A stretch of DNA of 62,975 bases, filler included, from Squatina squatina (lineage: Eukaryota): assembly GCA_031763465.1 (NCBI GenBank). It is 3 parts of 3 records of this genome, joined end to end, with 100 filler letters (N's around TTAATTAATTAA, not from the genome) between each part and the next. Parts side by side here need not be neighbours in the genome. Positions count along the whole stretch, not along the records: positions 1 to 31,356 come from JARFOE010000001.1; 2 more parts are not named here. The stretch is one strand, 5' to 3'. Positions 13,061-23,289 of this stretch are shown here, one piece after another (the stretch's first letter is position 1; every line of letters begins with the position of its first letter). Below the pieces are notes generated by a model. It was not told the DNA's origin and searched no databases. It saw only the letters and a list, made by a program, of their open reading frames with translations. The translations under genes and the position numbers were made by a program.

Positions 13061-13734
13061 ATTCTACAATGGTTATATCTCTTAATGCAATGTATATATT
13101 ATCTATAATATTAAAAGTCTTGCATATAGCACACACTTCCTGCTACAACATTTACTTCCTGTTGCCATACTTGCTTCCTGTGTGATGATTTTTTTTTACA
13201 CTCATCTTACACCTCTGTCATGTTTTCTTAAGCATTAGTAATGCCTGTTTCTATATTACCCATACTTATCATTATGCTTACCTTTCAGTCCTCCCAACAT
13301 TTGCATCTCCCAACTCCTGTGCAGGTGATGGTAAACCAGAATATCAATTGTAAATTGCAGTTACATTTAACATTTTATTTTAAACGTATTATTTACTAAA
13401 TTTTAAATGCAGCTATCTGTCTTTCTCCCGGTTCTGCCCCGAGGCCTTTCCTTGTCTGTCCTGCATTCTTTCACTCTGCTTGGCTACTCTTTGTGACTTT
13501 ATCCACACCAGAAGTAGACCACTCCCCACTCTTAGGCCTCCTCTAGTTGGACTGCACTCAGTTCTGTCTTTAGTCCTTCTGCTGCCGTCCTGCGCCGTAC
13601 TTCTATCCCTCCTCGAGCTCCAGTACCATTTCAGTTTTTGTTAACTACCCAATTTGCTACTTTCCCTGCTTTCCATGTGAAACCCCCATGTCTCCCAACA
13701 GAGAATACTCTCCGCTCCATTCTTTTCTATAATG

Positions 13735-13915
13735 CAGGCACTTTTGCCTCAGAGTCAGAAGGTTGTGGGTTCAGACCTTGCTATGTGCAAACTGGCTTCC
13801 TAATTTTCTACATTACAACAATGACTAAACGTCAATACTTCATTGGCTGTGAAGCACTTTGAGACTGCCTGAGGTTGTGAAAGGTGCTATATAAATGCAA
13901 TTCTTTCTTTCTTTA
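13735..13915 (+). mobile_element. tRNA-derived SINE (SacSINE1/Deu-SINE-like), internally truncated
   Basis: The head 'gcctcagagtcagaaggttgtgggttcaga' (B-box-like) is joined to the tail 'acattacaacaatgact...gaaaggtgctatataaatgcaattctttctttc'. Confidence 0.7.
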
Positions 13916-15167
13916 CCATCGCCTGTGTTGAAAATTGCAGCCAGCCATCTGGCACATTCACAAAAAAACATAAACTGTATCCTCCAGAATCATAACCCTC
14001 TCATGTCATTGGCATTATCATAATTCCAGGAATTTCCCCCCATGCGCTCATCCTCCCCAGATCTCTTGAGCCTTCCCGCTTCAAGATTAACTCTCACCCA
14101 ATTGTCTATTCACAGAGAAAATCTAAACTTGCCTTTGCTTTATTACTATTAGCTTCCTCCCATGGTAACCCAATTCCTGATTTAACCTAGATAAAGGTTG
14201 GAAGAAAAGTCTTTAGGATAGGAGTGGCATGTTTATTTCATCAGTACAATTTCTCATCGATGAAGAGGAGAGCATTGCAATTCAGCAAAGGCTGACAAAT
14301 CAAATAATTGACAGTCACGTAACAAACAGAAATGAATTTCAGTGGTATACAGCCAGCAGACATAGTGAAGTATTGGGAGCTTTTCTCTAAACACAATGAA
14401 GAGGTTAAGTTCCCTCAAGAATGTCTGGCTGAGCACTTGTTCCAAGAGAACAAAATTGCATTGAAGAGATTTAAAGCTGTTGTTTGTTCGAGGGCCAAAT
14501 TTTATGAGCAATCTGAGAACTGTTCGCACAGGCATTTTTATTTTGTAATAAAAGAACAGCTAAATATATCTGTGGCATGACTCAATGTCATGTTGCAAAA
14601 TGATACCTGACATTGCCACTCGTGTTCAGTTTGGCACTTTGGTCCTTTCTAGTTAGCTGAATTTTATGATCTTGGTAGAAGATTCTTTCTTTTCTGAAAG
14701 AAAGATGTTTATTAGAGGGGCAGAAGATTAGTGTTTATCNNNNNNNNNNNNNNNNNNNNNNNNNNNNNNNNNNNNNNNNNNNNNNNNNNNNNNNNNNNNN
14801 NNNNNNNNNNNNNNNNNNNNNNNNNNNNNNNNNNNNNNNATGTCTTATTCTTCTATCGTCAGTTTGCTTACTCTATGGCTTCTTGCTGCCTCCGTTATCA
14901 GTTTAGTCATGTCTGCTGGGACACCTGCTTTTCATGTACTGACCTAGTAACGACTTTAGCCCTCTGTTTAGTTCTTATCTGATGTGGATGGAATTTCTCC
15001 TGCGTCATCAGCTGGTCGCATCTGCTGAGTTGGTATAGAATTATTTTTTTTATAATTGTCAATTTTTTCGGATTCATGATTTCTTCCATCTCTGATGATA
15101 CTGCATGTCACGTTTCTAGTCTGTGACACGTGATGCTGAATTTCCAGTTACTAGTACAGGAGACAGG

Positions 15168-15680
15168 TATGGTAGTGAAGTGGTTATGTTGCTGGACTAG
15201 TAATCCAGAGGGCACAAGTTCAAATCCCATCATGACAGTTTGGAATATGAATTCAGTTTTTTTTTAACTAAATAACTTTGGAATAAAAAGCTGGTATCAG
15301 TAAAGTAACCAGGAAGCTATCGGCTTGTCACGAAAATAAACTGGTTCACTAATGTCCTGTAGGGATGGAAACCTTTCTTACCTCGTTTGGCCTATATGTG
15401 ACTCCATCCCACACCAATGTGGTTGACTCGTACCTTCCCTTTGAAATGGCCTAGCAAGGCACTCTATTGTATCAAACTATATATTTTTTTAAATGGAATA
15501 AGAATAACACTGGACAGGCCACTTGGCTGCGACCTGAGCATCAAATCAGGACACAATGAAGGCACACCCAGCACAGGTGATCCTACAAAGTTCTCACTAC
15601 TGTTTGAGGATTGTTACCAAAGTTGGGAGAGCTGTCCCACAGACTGGTCAATGAACAGCTTGACAAAGTCATACAGTTAG
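15168..15680 (+). mobile_element. tRNA-headed element continuing into a LINE APE endonuclease N-terminus
   Basis: B-box 'gttcaaatccc' at 15218-15228, with a body homologous to the SINE at 20995-21390. Positions 15608-15679 translate as GLLPKLGELSHRLVNEQLDKVIQL, resembling the first APE motif. Confidence 0.65.
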
Positions 15681-16245
15681 AGGATGGATGTTCTTACCTA
15701 TAAATTGCTCCTTTAAATGATAGGTTTCATGGTATTACAGGTAGATATTCACAGATTTATTAAGCATATGATAATTATTATTGACAATAGTTAAACATAC
15801 ACTGAATAGCAGCATTTACGGCTAAACCTTGCGAGTTCAACAGAGAATACATACATGTCAACAGTTTTGAGCACGAGGATTTTCAAGGCCGATCAGGCCT
15901 TGTCAAATTCTGAGAAAACTCCCCAGCGACCACTCTTTTATACCCTTTTTTCAATCCTGTTCTGTTTCAGCATTACCTATTCTTCCTTTCATGCCCCTTA
16001 CCAATAACTTCAGTTTTATACTTCCTGATTGACCTGTCAATCAAATCTTTAGGCAGGCAACAGTTACAGAAATTCAAACTAACAGGCCCTCTAACCATCT
16101 GTGATTATCCTAGACTATATCCCTTTTGACAGATGTATTCTTCCAAGGTTGCCTTCACATGCAGCCGTTTATGTCTGATCAACACAACTATTTCCTAACA
16201 CTTTCATCTAACCAGCATAAAAATATCACACAACACCTGGACCAC

Positions 16246-16885
16246 GTGAAGTTGAAACACGAATAGCCGAGAAGATGTGTGTTGTCCACACACCCACTTG
16301 GGTTTCTAAACTCTGAAGGGTGTGTTACAACTTAGTTACAGGACCTGTTTATATAAAAGAGATCATCAAACTACAANNNNNNNNNNTGGTCACAGCTAAT
16401 ATAAAAAAATTAATATGAAGAGAAACCAATGGCAGTACCATCTGATTAGCCATTTCCTAACAATATTGTATTTCAACAACTGAAAAAACGATTCTAACAC
16501 CAATTTCAGCATGATGCATACTGCCGTAGATTTTCATCATCTTCAGAATTCGCGACAGTAGTTAGTGGGGAGGAATTTTAACTGCCAGCTTTGACTCATG
16601 CTGTTTTCCTGGGTCAGGGTGAATTTGATACATTGGGGCAGATTTTAACTTGCTAAAATTAGTATTAATAAGGCAGCAACTGCCTCAAAATGGTCTTGGT
16701 AGACTTACTGCTCTGTTAAAGCCAACATTCTGCCTGCAGCCACTTTTACAGGGGCTTCCGCTGGGTTGTCTATTTATATAAACAGGTCCTGTAACTAACT
16801 GGTAACATGTCTTCGAGAGTTTAGAGGCCCAAATGGGTATGTAAAAAACATGGCATCTTGTAGGCTATTTGAGCTTTAACTTCAC
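16246..16885. repeat. Inverted repeat pair, ~112-bp arms (16246-16357 and 16773-16885)
   Basis: TTAGTTACAGGACCTGTTTATATAAA (16332-16357) is the exact reverse complement of 16773-16798. Similarity extends outward to GTGAAGTT/AACTTCAC. Confidence 0.85.
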
Positions 16886-19155
16886 AGAGACACGAGAGTT
16901 GTGTGAAATTTTTGGCAATTGAGTCCTCAGCTAAATATTTGGAAATGGCCAGCAGCACATCATTTTAAAGATAAAATTAACAAATTATATGAGTTTTTTT
17001 TGATTTGGGGGGAAAACACTGATGAGATTGATTTACATGTATAATCTTTTATAAAATTAGACATTATGACTAGAATTTTTTCACCTTTTTATAAGTAGAA
17101 TAATACTGATACATTTCAGAAATATGGTCAAACAAATCTCTCATTATGGACAGTTGTTCTGAAGTGGTAGCAAATTTTGGAAGAACATTGTGAGAAAGCA
17201 TCTTGTTTGTGAGAGGATATATATTCAATATGAAAATGAGATTTTGTTTCCTGATGGAGGTTTCTGTGCAGCCGATATTATTCTAGTGCAAAGAAATGTG
17301 CAAAATATTTTGTCCCGTGTCTCCACACCTCTTTGAATTTTAAACAGAAATAACCCAAAATAGCCTCAATTCAATTGGATTACTGAGGTAGAGTAGCAAT
17401 GTAAAGTCTGCTGTATTTGTTTACATTTAAGATGTTAACTGACCACGTGGGTAACCCAGGACCATGGGCTTTAGTCTAAAAACAGCCTGCGGCTGGAGTC
17501 ACATTCTTGTGGTTGACTGACAGCTCAAAAGTTAAACACTTTGCAGCAAACTTTAAATGACTTTATCTCCATAAAGAAAGGGGACTGGACACGGTTTTCC
17601 CCCAAGTTATGGTTATTTTGGAAGCATCTTCGAATAAAGAAAAATAAATGTATAACATTTAAAAGTTAAGTAATTTGCTAATATGACGTTCTCAAATGTG
17701 GTAGCAGAAAGCAAGGAACTTGAAGAAGTAAAGCAGTGTCATCTTCATACAGAAATATGAGGACTGCACTGTTATAAATATTTCATATTAAAAAACACCA
17801 TCAGAGACTTTCTATCCCAAGCAATCCAGGTCTGTATCATAGCATTTGGTCCCTGTTAGATGATCCATAAATGTTATGGTAAGATGATTAATCTCATCTC
17901 TGTAAACAATCAAAATAAGAGTTGATGAATAAATTATACTGTTACACTTCATGTTTTAATGTGTTTCATGTAGCTTCGGTTAAGTTAAAATAAGGCGGAA
18001 TATATGGCAGTAGAGTGTTAGCACGAAACCAGTACTATTCACACCATCTCCCATTACTCATACAGATTCCAAAGGCAGCCTCCATAGGGAGATACATGCC
18101 TCCTGTTAACTGAAATGTTACCTTATGCATGTAGTGAACNNNNNNNNNNNNNNNNNNNNNNNNNNNNNNNNNNNNNNNNNNNNNNNNNNNNNNNNNNNNN
18201 NNNNNNNNNNNNNNNNNNNNNNNNNNNNNNNNNNNNNNNGAATTTATGATGCTGGTAGTTTAGAACCAGCAACGAAGTGACATTTAGAGTGGTGCTTTTA
18301 CGTTTCCATGTTACAAAATGACTTGTAAGAGTACAAATTATGTAAAATGGACTATTTTAGTTGAGTGTACAATGCGGATGCAAAGAATTGCTGCAATTAG
18401 CAAGTTGCTCAATAAAATGGGGGCTTCAGCACACTTTTCGTTTCCAGGAAGAATGGAAAACTTATGATGTTGTTGTGTTTTCAGCACCAAATTTACTCTA
18501 ATCACTTCAACGATACTACTCTTTACAACCTCATACTCTTTCACAATTTGGAATAGAAGTCCTCCACAACACCAGCTGATTATTCTCCCAGGTAACAGTG
18601 TTTGCCTTACAATATCTACAATAAAACAAAGGCTTGATTTATAAAAGGTTTTTAAAATACTGGGGTTGATAAAGTATTATCATTGAGTAAAAAATTAACA
18701 AGCACTTCACTGTAGCTACCTTCACTACAATCCGAGATGGTTTATGGAGTTGAGTAAATAATACTTACTAAACCATTAAATATATTGCAGTGCAATGTCT
18801 GTCGTAACTTTACATTTCTGTGCAAAACACAGTGCTAGTCAGGTTACAATGTCTAATGTTATTGCACTTGAAGAAAATACCACAAAAGGTTTCTCTTTTC
18901 CATATTCACATCTAAGATAATAGCCTTCCAGGCTGAAGGAGCACCCATCTGTTAAAGCATATTCTTTAATGGCTTATCCTGTGTGTTGGTTGGGGGACAA
19001 CTCATCTGCAGATGAACAGGATGTTTAGGATCACCCCTGCAGAAAANNNNNNNNNNNNNNNNNNNNNNNNNNNNNNNNNNNNNNNNNNNNNNNNNNNNNN
19101 NNNNNNNNNNNNNNNNNNNNNNNNNNNNNNNNNNNNNNNNNNNNNNCTAACCAAT

Positions 19156-19456
19156 GGGCTGGATTTTAACCGAACCAATGGGCTCTCCCTCCATCAGAAC
19201 TCCCCCCCACCAATATAAAGGTTGTCTGGGATTGGTCTCCCCCATCCCCACGGAGTCATGGATCAGACCTACCTGGTCCTGTAGCCTGCTCCAAAGTCCT
19301 CCCCACCCAACTGAAAGCCAAGCCTGTCAAATCAGGCTGACTTCTGGGCAGAGAACCTGTCAAGGACAAAAGACGCACGCTGTGGAGTTAAAACTCTCTT
19401 CCAAAACTCTGCCACCCTTCCCGCCTATGTAACCCACCCCTGTTAATATCCAAGCC
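19156..19456. mobile_element. Complete ~300-bp Harbinger-type MITE
   Basis: Left TIR GGGCTGGATTTTAAC and right TIR GTTAATATCCAAGCC are 12/15 complementary, with AAT on both sides as a 3-bp TSD. A second copy lies at 34129-34311. Confidence 0.75.
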
Positions 19457-19604
19457 AATGACTCCCATTAGCATATTTTTAAAGTAGGTGAGGAGTTTAG
19501 CTTGCATTCATTCATCTGGCCATCTATGCCCAGTGCTGTTATTGCATGCTACCTTTTTCTATAAAGTGAAAAAAAACAAATTGAATAGGTGGCTGCTTTG
19601 TCCT

Positions 19605-19730
19605 GTGTATCAAGAGATATGGATCAAAGGTAGGTAAATGCAGTTAAGGTACAGATGAGCCATGATCTAATTGAATGTTGGAATCGGTTCGAGGGGACGA
19701 ATGGCCCATTCCTGTTCCTATGTTTCTATG
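19605..19730 (+). mobile_element. CR1/HER1-type LINE 3' end
   Basis: 'gagccatgatctaattgaatg...aatggcccattcctgttcctatgtttctatg' carries the short tandem 'ctatgtt' tail typical of CR1. Confidence 0.75.
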
Positions 19731-19731
19731 A

Positions 19732-20100
19732 AAAGGTCCAGTGGCATGAAAGTTCAATCCTGTGGTGATTTTCACAGCAATAGGCTGCCCCTGTGCTGTA
19801 GTTCAGTAGATAACACAACTCTGTCACAGCCTCCCTCATGAAGCGGAGATGGCAAAGGCAGATCTCCTTGACCTGGCCAAGTAGGCATGTCAGAATCTGA
19901 AAGTGTAGCAGCGGCCTGGATCTGAGGGGGAAGCAAGCACCTGAGCTGCAAGTACAGATGGCTTTCTTTCCTCTCCTCTTCTAACCTCCAAACCAATGAC
20001 AGCCATTGGTAAGTGCAATGGAATTCTCAGTCTGTCAGTGTGGTTAGAGTTGAAGTTAGCAACAGGTGGCAGCAACAATGCTGTGGCTGCAGATGTTTGC
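19732..20100 (-). mobile_element. HARBI1-like Harbinger transposase remnant
   Basis: The minus strand reads EICLCHLRFMREAVTELCYLL and, after a frameshift, PIAVKITTGLNFHATG. This is homologous to the remnant at 59100-59240. Confidence 0.7.
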
Positions 20101-20625
20101 AAAAGGGATTCTTTATTGGAAAGAAAAATCAGCAGCGACCAATAGGAAACCTATTGCAATAGTGTAGCAAAAGTAGTAAACAAATCTATAAAACCAGAAA
20201 GCAAAAATGTTCCCAAAAAGACAATCAACTTCAGCTTTAAGGATGGATGCTCCTGAGCAACTGCATGGAATCCACCAAGTGCCCATTTCAATCAGTGCAA
20301 GCAGAGTTCAGAGGCCAGAAAAGTCAGGGAATTTATATGGGGACATGTTTATATTGATCACCATGAATCTGGGGGCTATATCAAGGCCTGAGCATGCTGT
20401 CAGCACAGCCTCATAACAAATACATTCTCCCCTGCTGAATTGTGAGTGAGGCTCGATTAGGTACCCAGGCCTACCTGTCCAATTCCACATTGAATGTGCA
20501 CTGCCTGTAAGAACCAGTCCCCAGTNNNNNNNNNNNNNNNNNNNNNNNNNNNNNNNNNNNNNNNNNNNNNNNNNNNNNNNNNNNNNNNNNNNNNNNNNNN
20601 NNNNNNNNNNNNNNNNNNNNNNNNN

Positions 20626-20810
20626 TCTTCAATAGTAGCCCAACCAGTCACCATCCATAACCACCTTTCTGAATTCATTCTTACTCCACACAACTTATCT
20701 TTTAAGTCCATTCACTTCCTCCAGATACAAGATGTCACTATGAAACCCTGCCTGAATCCCAACTATACCAGTTTTTTTGTATGATATGTGGAACTATCTT
20801 TGCTCCAGTA
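20626..20810 (+). mobile_element. Penelope-like element reverse transcriptase fragment, degenerate
   Basis: LSEFILTPHNLSFKSIHFLQIQDVTMKPCLNPNYTSFFV*YVELSL resembles the PLE RT motif '[40 protein letters not shown]'. Confidence 0.7.
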
Positions 20811-20994
20811 ATACTGAACATTGCAGTGCACATAAAAAGCAAATTGGCCATGAATTTATATTAAAAACAAACATTTATTCTGTTTTTACCAGAGGAAAGT
20901 ATAGCCCTAGTTTTTTATCTGTAATGTGTAAAAGGTAATACTATCAACCAGTGCCTCAGAGACGGGTGCTCTTGATAATGTGTACTTGGTAGAG

Positions 20995-21392
20995 TCGTGG
21001 TTAAATTGCAGGTCTAGTAACCTAGAATGCTTGGCCTATTGATCACAAAGATGTGAGTTCAAATCCCACCATGGCAGCTGTGGAATTTAAAATTCAGTTA
21101 ATTAAATAATCTGGAATTTTTTTTAAAAAGCTAGTGTCAGTAATGGTGACCTTGAAACTATCAGATTGTTCTAAAAACCCATCTGGTTCACTAATGTTCT
21201 TTAGGGAAGGGAATCTGCCATCCTTGCCTATATGTGACTCCAGACCCACAGCAATGTGGTTGACTCATATCTGCCCTCTGAAATGGCCCAGCAAGCCACT
21301 CAGTCAAGAAGGTGGATCATCACCACCTTCTCATGGGCAGTAAATGCTGGCCTTGCCAGCGATGCCCACATCCCAGGAATGAATAAAAAAAA
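20995..21392 (+). mobile_element. Near full-length tRNA-derived SINE with LINE-derived 3' tail
   Basis: B-box 'gttcaaatccc' at 21057-21067 and a body shared with 15168-15465. The tail 'aatgctggccttgccagcgatgcccacatcccaggaatgaataaaaaaa' matches the reverse complement of 22235-22290. Confidence 0.8.
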
Positions 21393-22224
21393 GTAGAATC
21401 AGAGGACCAAATGACTTTTGTTCAAAGCACATTGGGGTGTCCTGACGTCGGGAAAGGCGTTATAAAAATGCAAGTTCTTTCTGCGAGGTCTGTATTTAGC
21501 ACCTCACTGAAGGCACTTTTTTATTTTGAGGAAATTATCGCATGACAAATTTATTCCTTTTAAAGCGCAGGAGAACAATTCTATCACATTGCACGAGCCC
21601 AGACTGTGATTTATTACAGAGCTACCCACACTTAACCTAAACTTTCCTTTTCAAAACAAACTTTGCACCTTGTGCTTTGGACTCCCAACTGTTTATTGCA
21701 CAAAGCATTGATATATTTACTGTATGAAAGAATTACAATTTTCTTACTCATTATGATTAAAGACAACCATCACTGACACCCAAGTGCTTACTGTTAAGAT
21801 TCAAATAATCTGCTACTAAATAATAATGGAAAAAATGTTAACCACCTAAGCAAGCAAAAATAAAGAGTTGAACGTAAAACCATTTTTGAATATTCTCTTT
21901 TGCCTTTGAAGAGCTGCATTTCAACCACACAAGGGGTCATATGCAGCTCAGGAGAACTAGCTGGTCACCCCAGTCTAAACTCAGATATGAGCATGGTCAC
22001 TTGTGCAAGATAGCAGAAGCAGTTGGTACCCATGAAGTAGTATCCCAGCACAAGTCAGTGCATCAATTGTGGGGACAGGGCTGGAAGGACAGTTCCCCAG
22101 TATGCCTAACACTGCATTCTAGTTCAGCCTATGGGATGGTCAATGATTGACTGTCAGCATGTCCTGACAGTCAATGTGCACACTGCTCCAGGAAAAACAC
22201 AATCTATGGTAGATTTTGGCTATT

Positions 22225-22525
22225 TTTTTCCCTTTTTATTTATTCATGGAATGTGGGTATCACTGGCAAAGCCAGCATTTACTGTCCATCCAGAATTGCC
22301 TTTGAGAAGTGGGTAGTGAGCTGCCTTCTTGGACTGCCACAGTCTATTTGGTAAGGTACTCACACAGTGTTGTTAGGTAGGGTGTTCCAGGATTTTGGCA
22401 CAGCGACTATGAAGGAATAGCAATATATTTCCAAGTCAGGATGGCATGTGACTTGGAGATAGTAGTGTTCCCATGCACTTGCTTCCCTTGCCCTTCTAGA
22501 TGGTAGAGGTTGTGGATATGGAAGG
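22225..22525 (-). mobile_element. 3' end of a CR1/L2-superfamily LINE (partner of the SINE at 20995)
   Basis: It starts with a T-rich tail followed by 'ttattcatggaatgtgggtatcactggcaaagccagcattt'. The segment 'ttccaagtcaggatg' is shared with 46470-46620. Confidence 0.7.
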
Positions 22526-22699
22526 CTATATGTCTCAAACAACTGCTTTGGTTATCAGCATTCAGAAAAACAAAAGTACGGATGAAGCATCATAGAGCAA
22601 ATCTTGTTGTGGAACTGTACCTCAGCTAGTAGTCAGAAGAAGAAAGGGGAGAACAACTTACATACTCTAGTGCTCTTCGCCTACAGGTAAGTCAGCTAC

Positions 22700-23289
22700 T
22701 TTTACAGGATTAAGGAAAAAGAAATGGGAAGAGACTGTAAAAGTATGGACAAAGAGAAAGGTTTTTAGGAGTTCTTTGAAAGCGCAGAGACATTGCAAGG
22801 CAGACGTTTTGAGAGAAGAACAGTGGTGTAGTGCATGATAGTATGGTGGAATAGAGGGAGTAGGAATTAAGAGCAAACTGGAAAATAGAAGAGAAAAGAG
22901 TACATGCAGCCTTGGAGGAGCTCATTAAGGTAAGGTGGGGCGAGACCAAAGTGATATTTGAAGAAGAGGACAATGATCATAAAGTCAATTTGCTGTAGTA
23001 TAGGAGGCCAAAATAGAAATGATAGAGGTACAGGGCTTTGCATAGGTGAGGAGAGGGGTCAAAGCATTCTGAATTAACTGTAGTTTTCAGAAAGTGGAGG
23101 CAGGAAGTGCATTACGGAGAGCTTTGGAGAAGGCGCGCCTCAAAGTAATAAATCATGGATTATGTTTCTGGGTTGTTTGGTAAGGGCAGCATCAGCTGAT
23201 GTTTCAGAGGTGAAGGAAAGTTGCCCTAGTAGTAGAGAGAATAAAGCTGAGTTCAGGATTCAGCAGTAAATCAAGAAAAAGCAGACAGG
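22700..23289 (-). mobile_element. Old L2 LINE 3' remnant
   Basis: The purine-rich + strand ('gagaaaggtttttaggagttctttgaa') is the reverse complement of the L2 FK..LKTFLF end. Highly degenerate. Confidence 0.55.

Noticed and set aside
15168-15240. tRNA gene (also 20995-21075 and 13735-13775)
   Set aside because: Only A/B-box-like remnants are present, without a complete cloverleaf. These are SINE heads.
18338-18612. Possible exon(s) on either strand with splice-like sites
   Set aside because: Several alternative frames and splice sites are possible, none gives a recognisable protein, and a faint lipid-binding-protein resemblance (VTWENNQL) is too weak to support.
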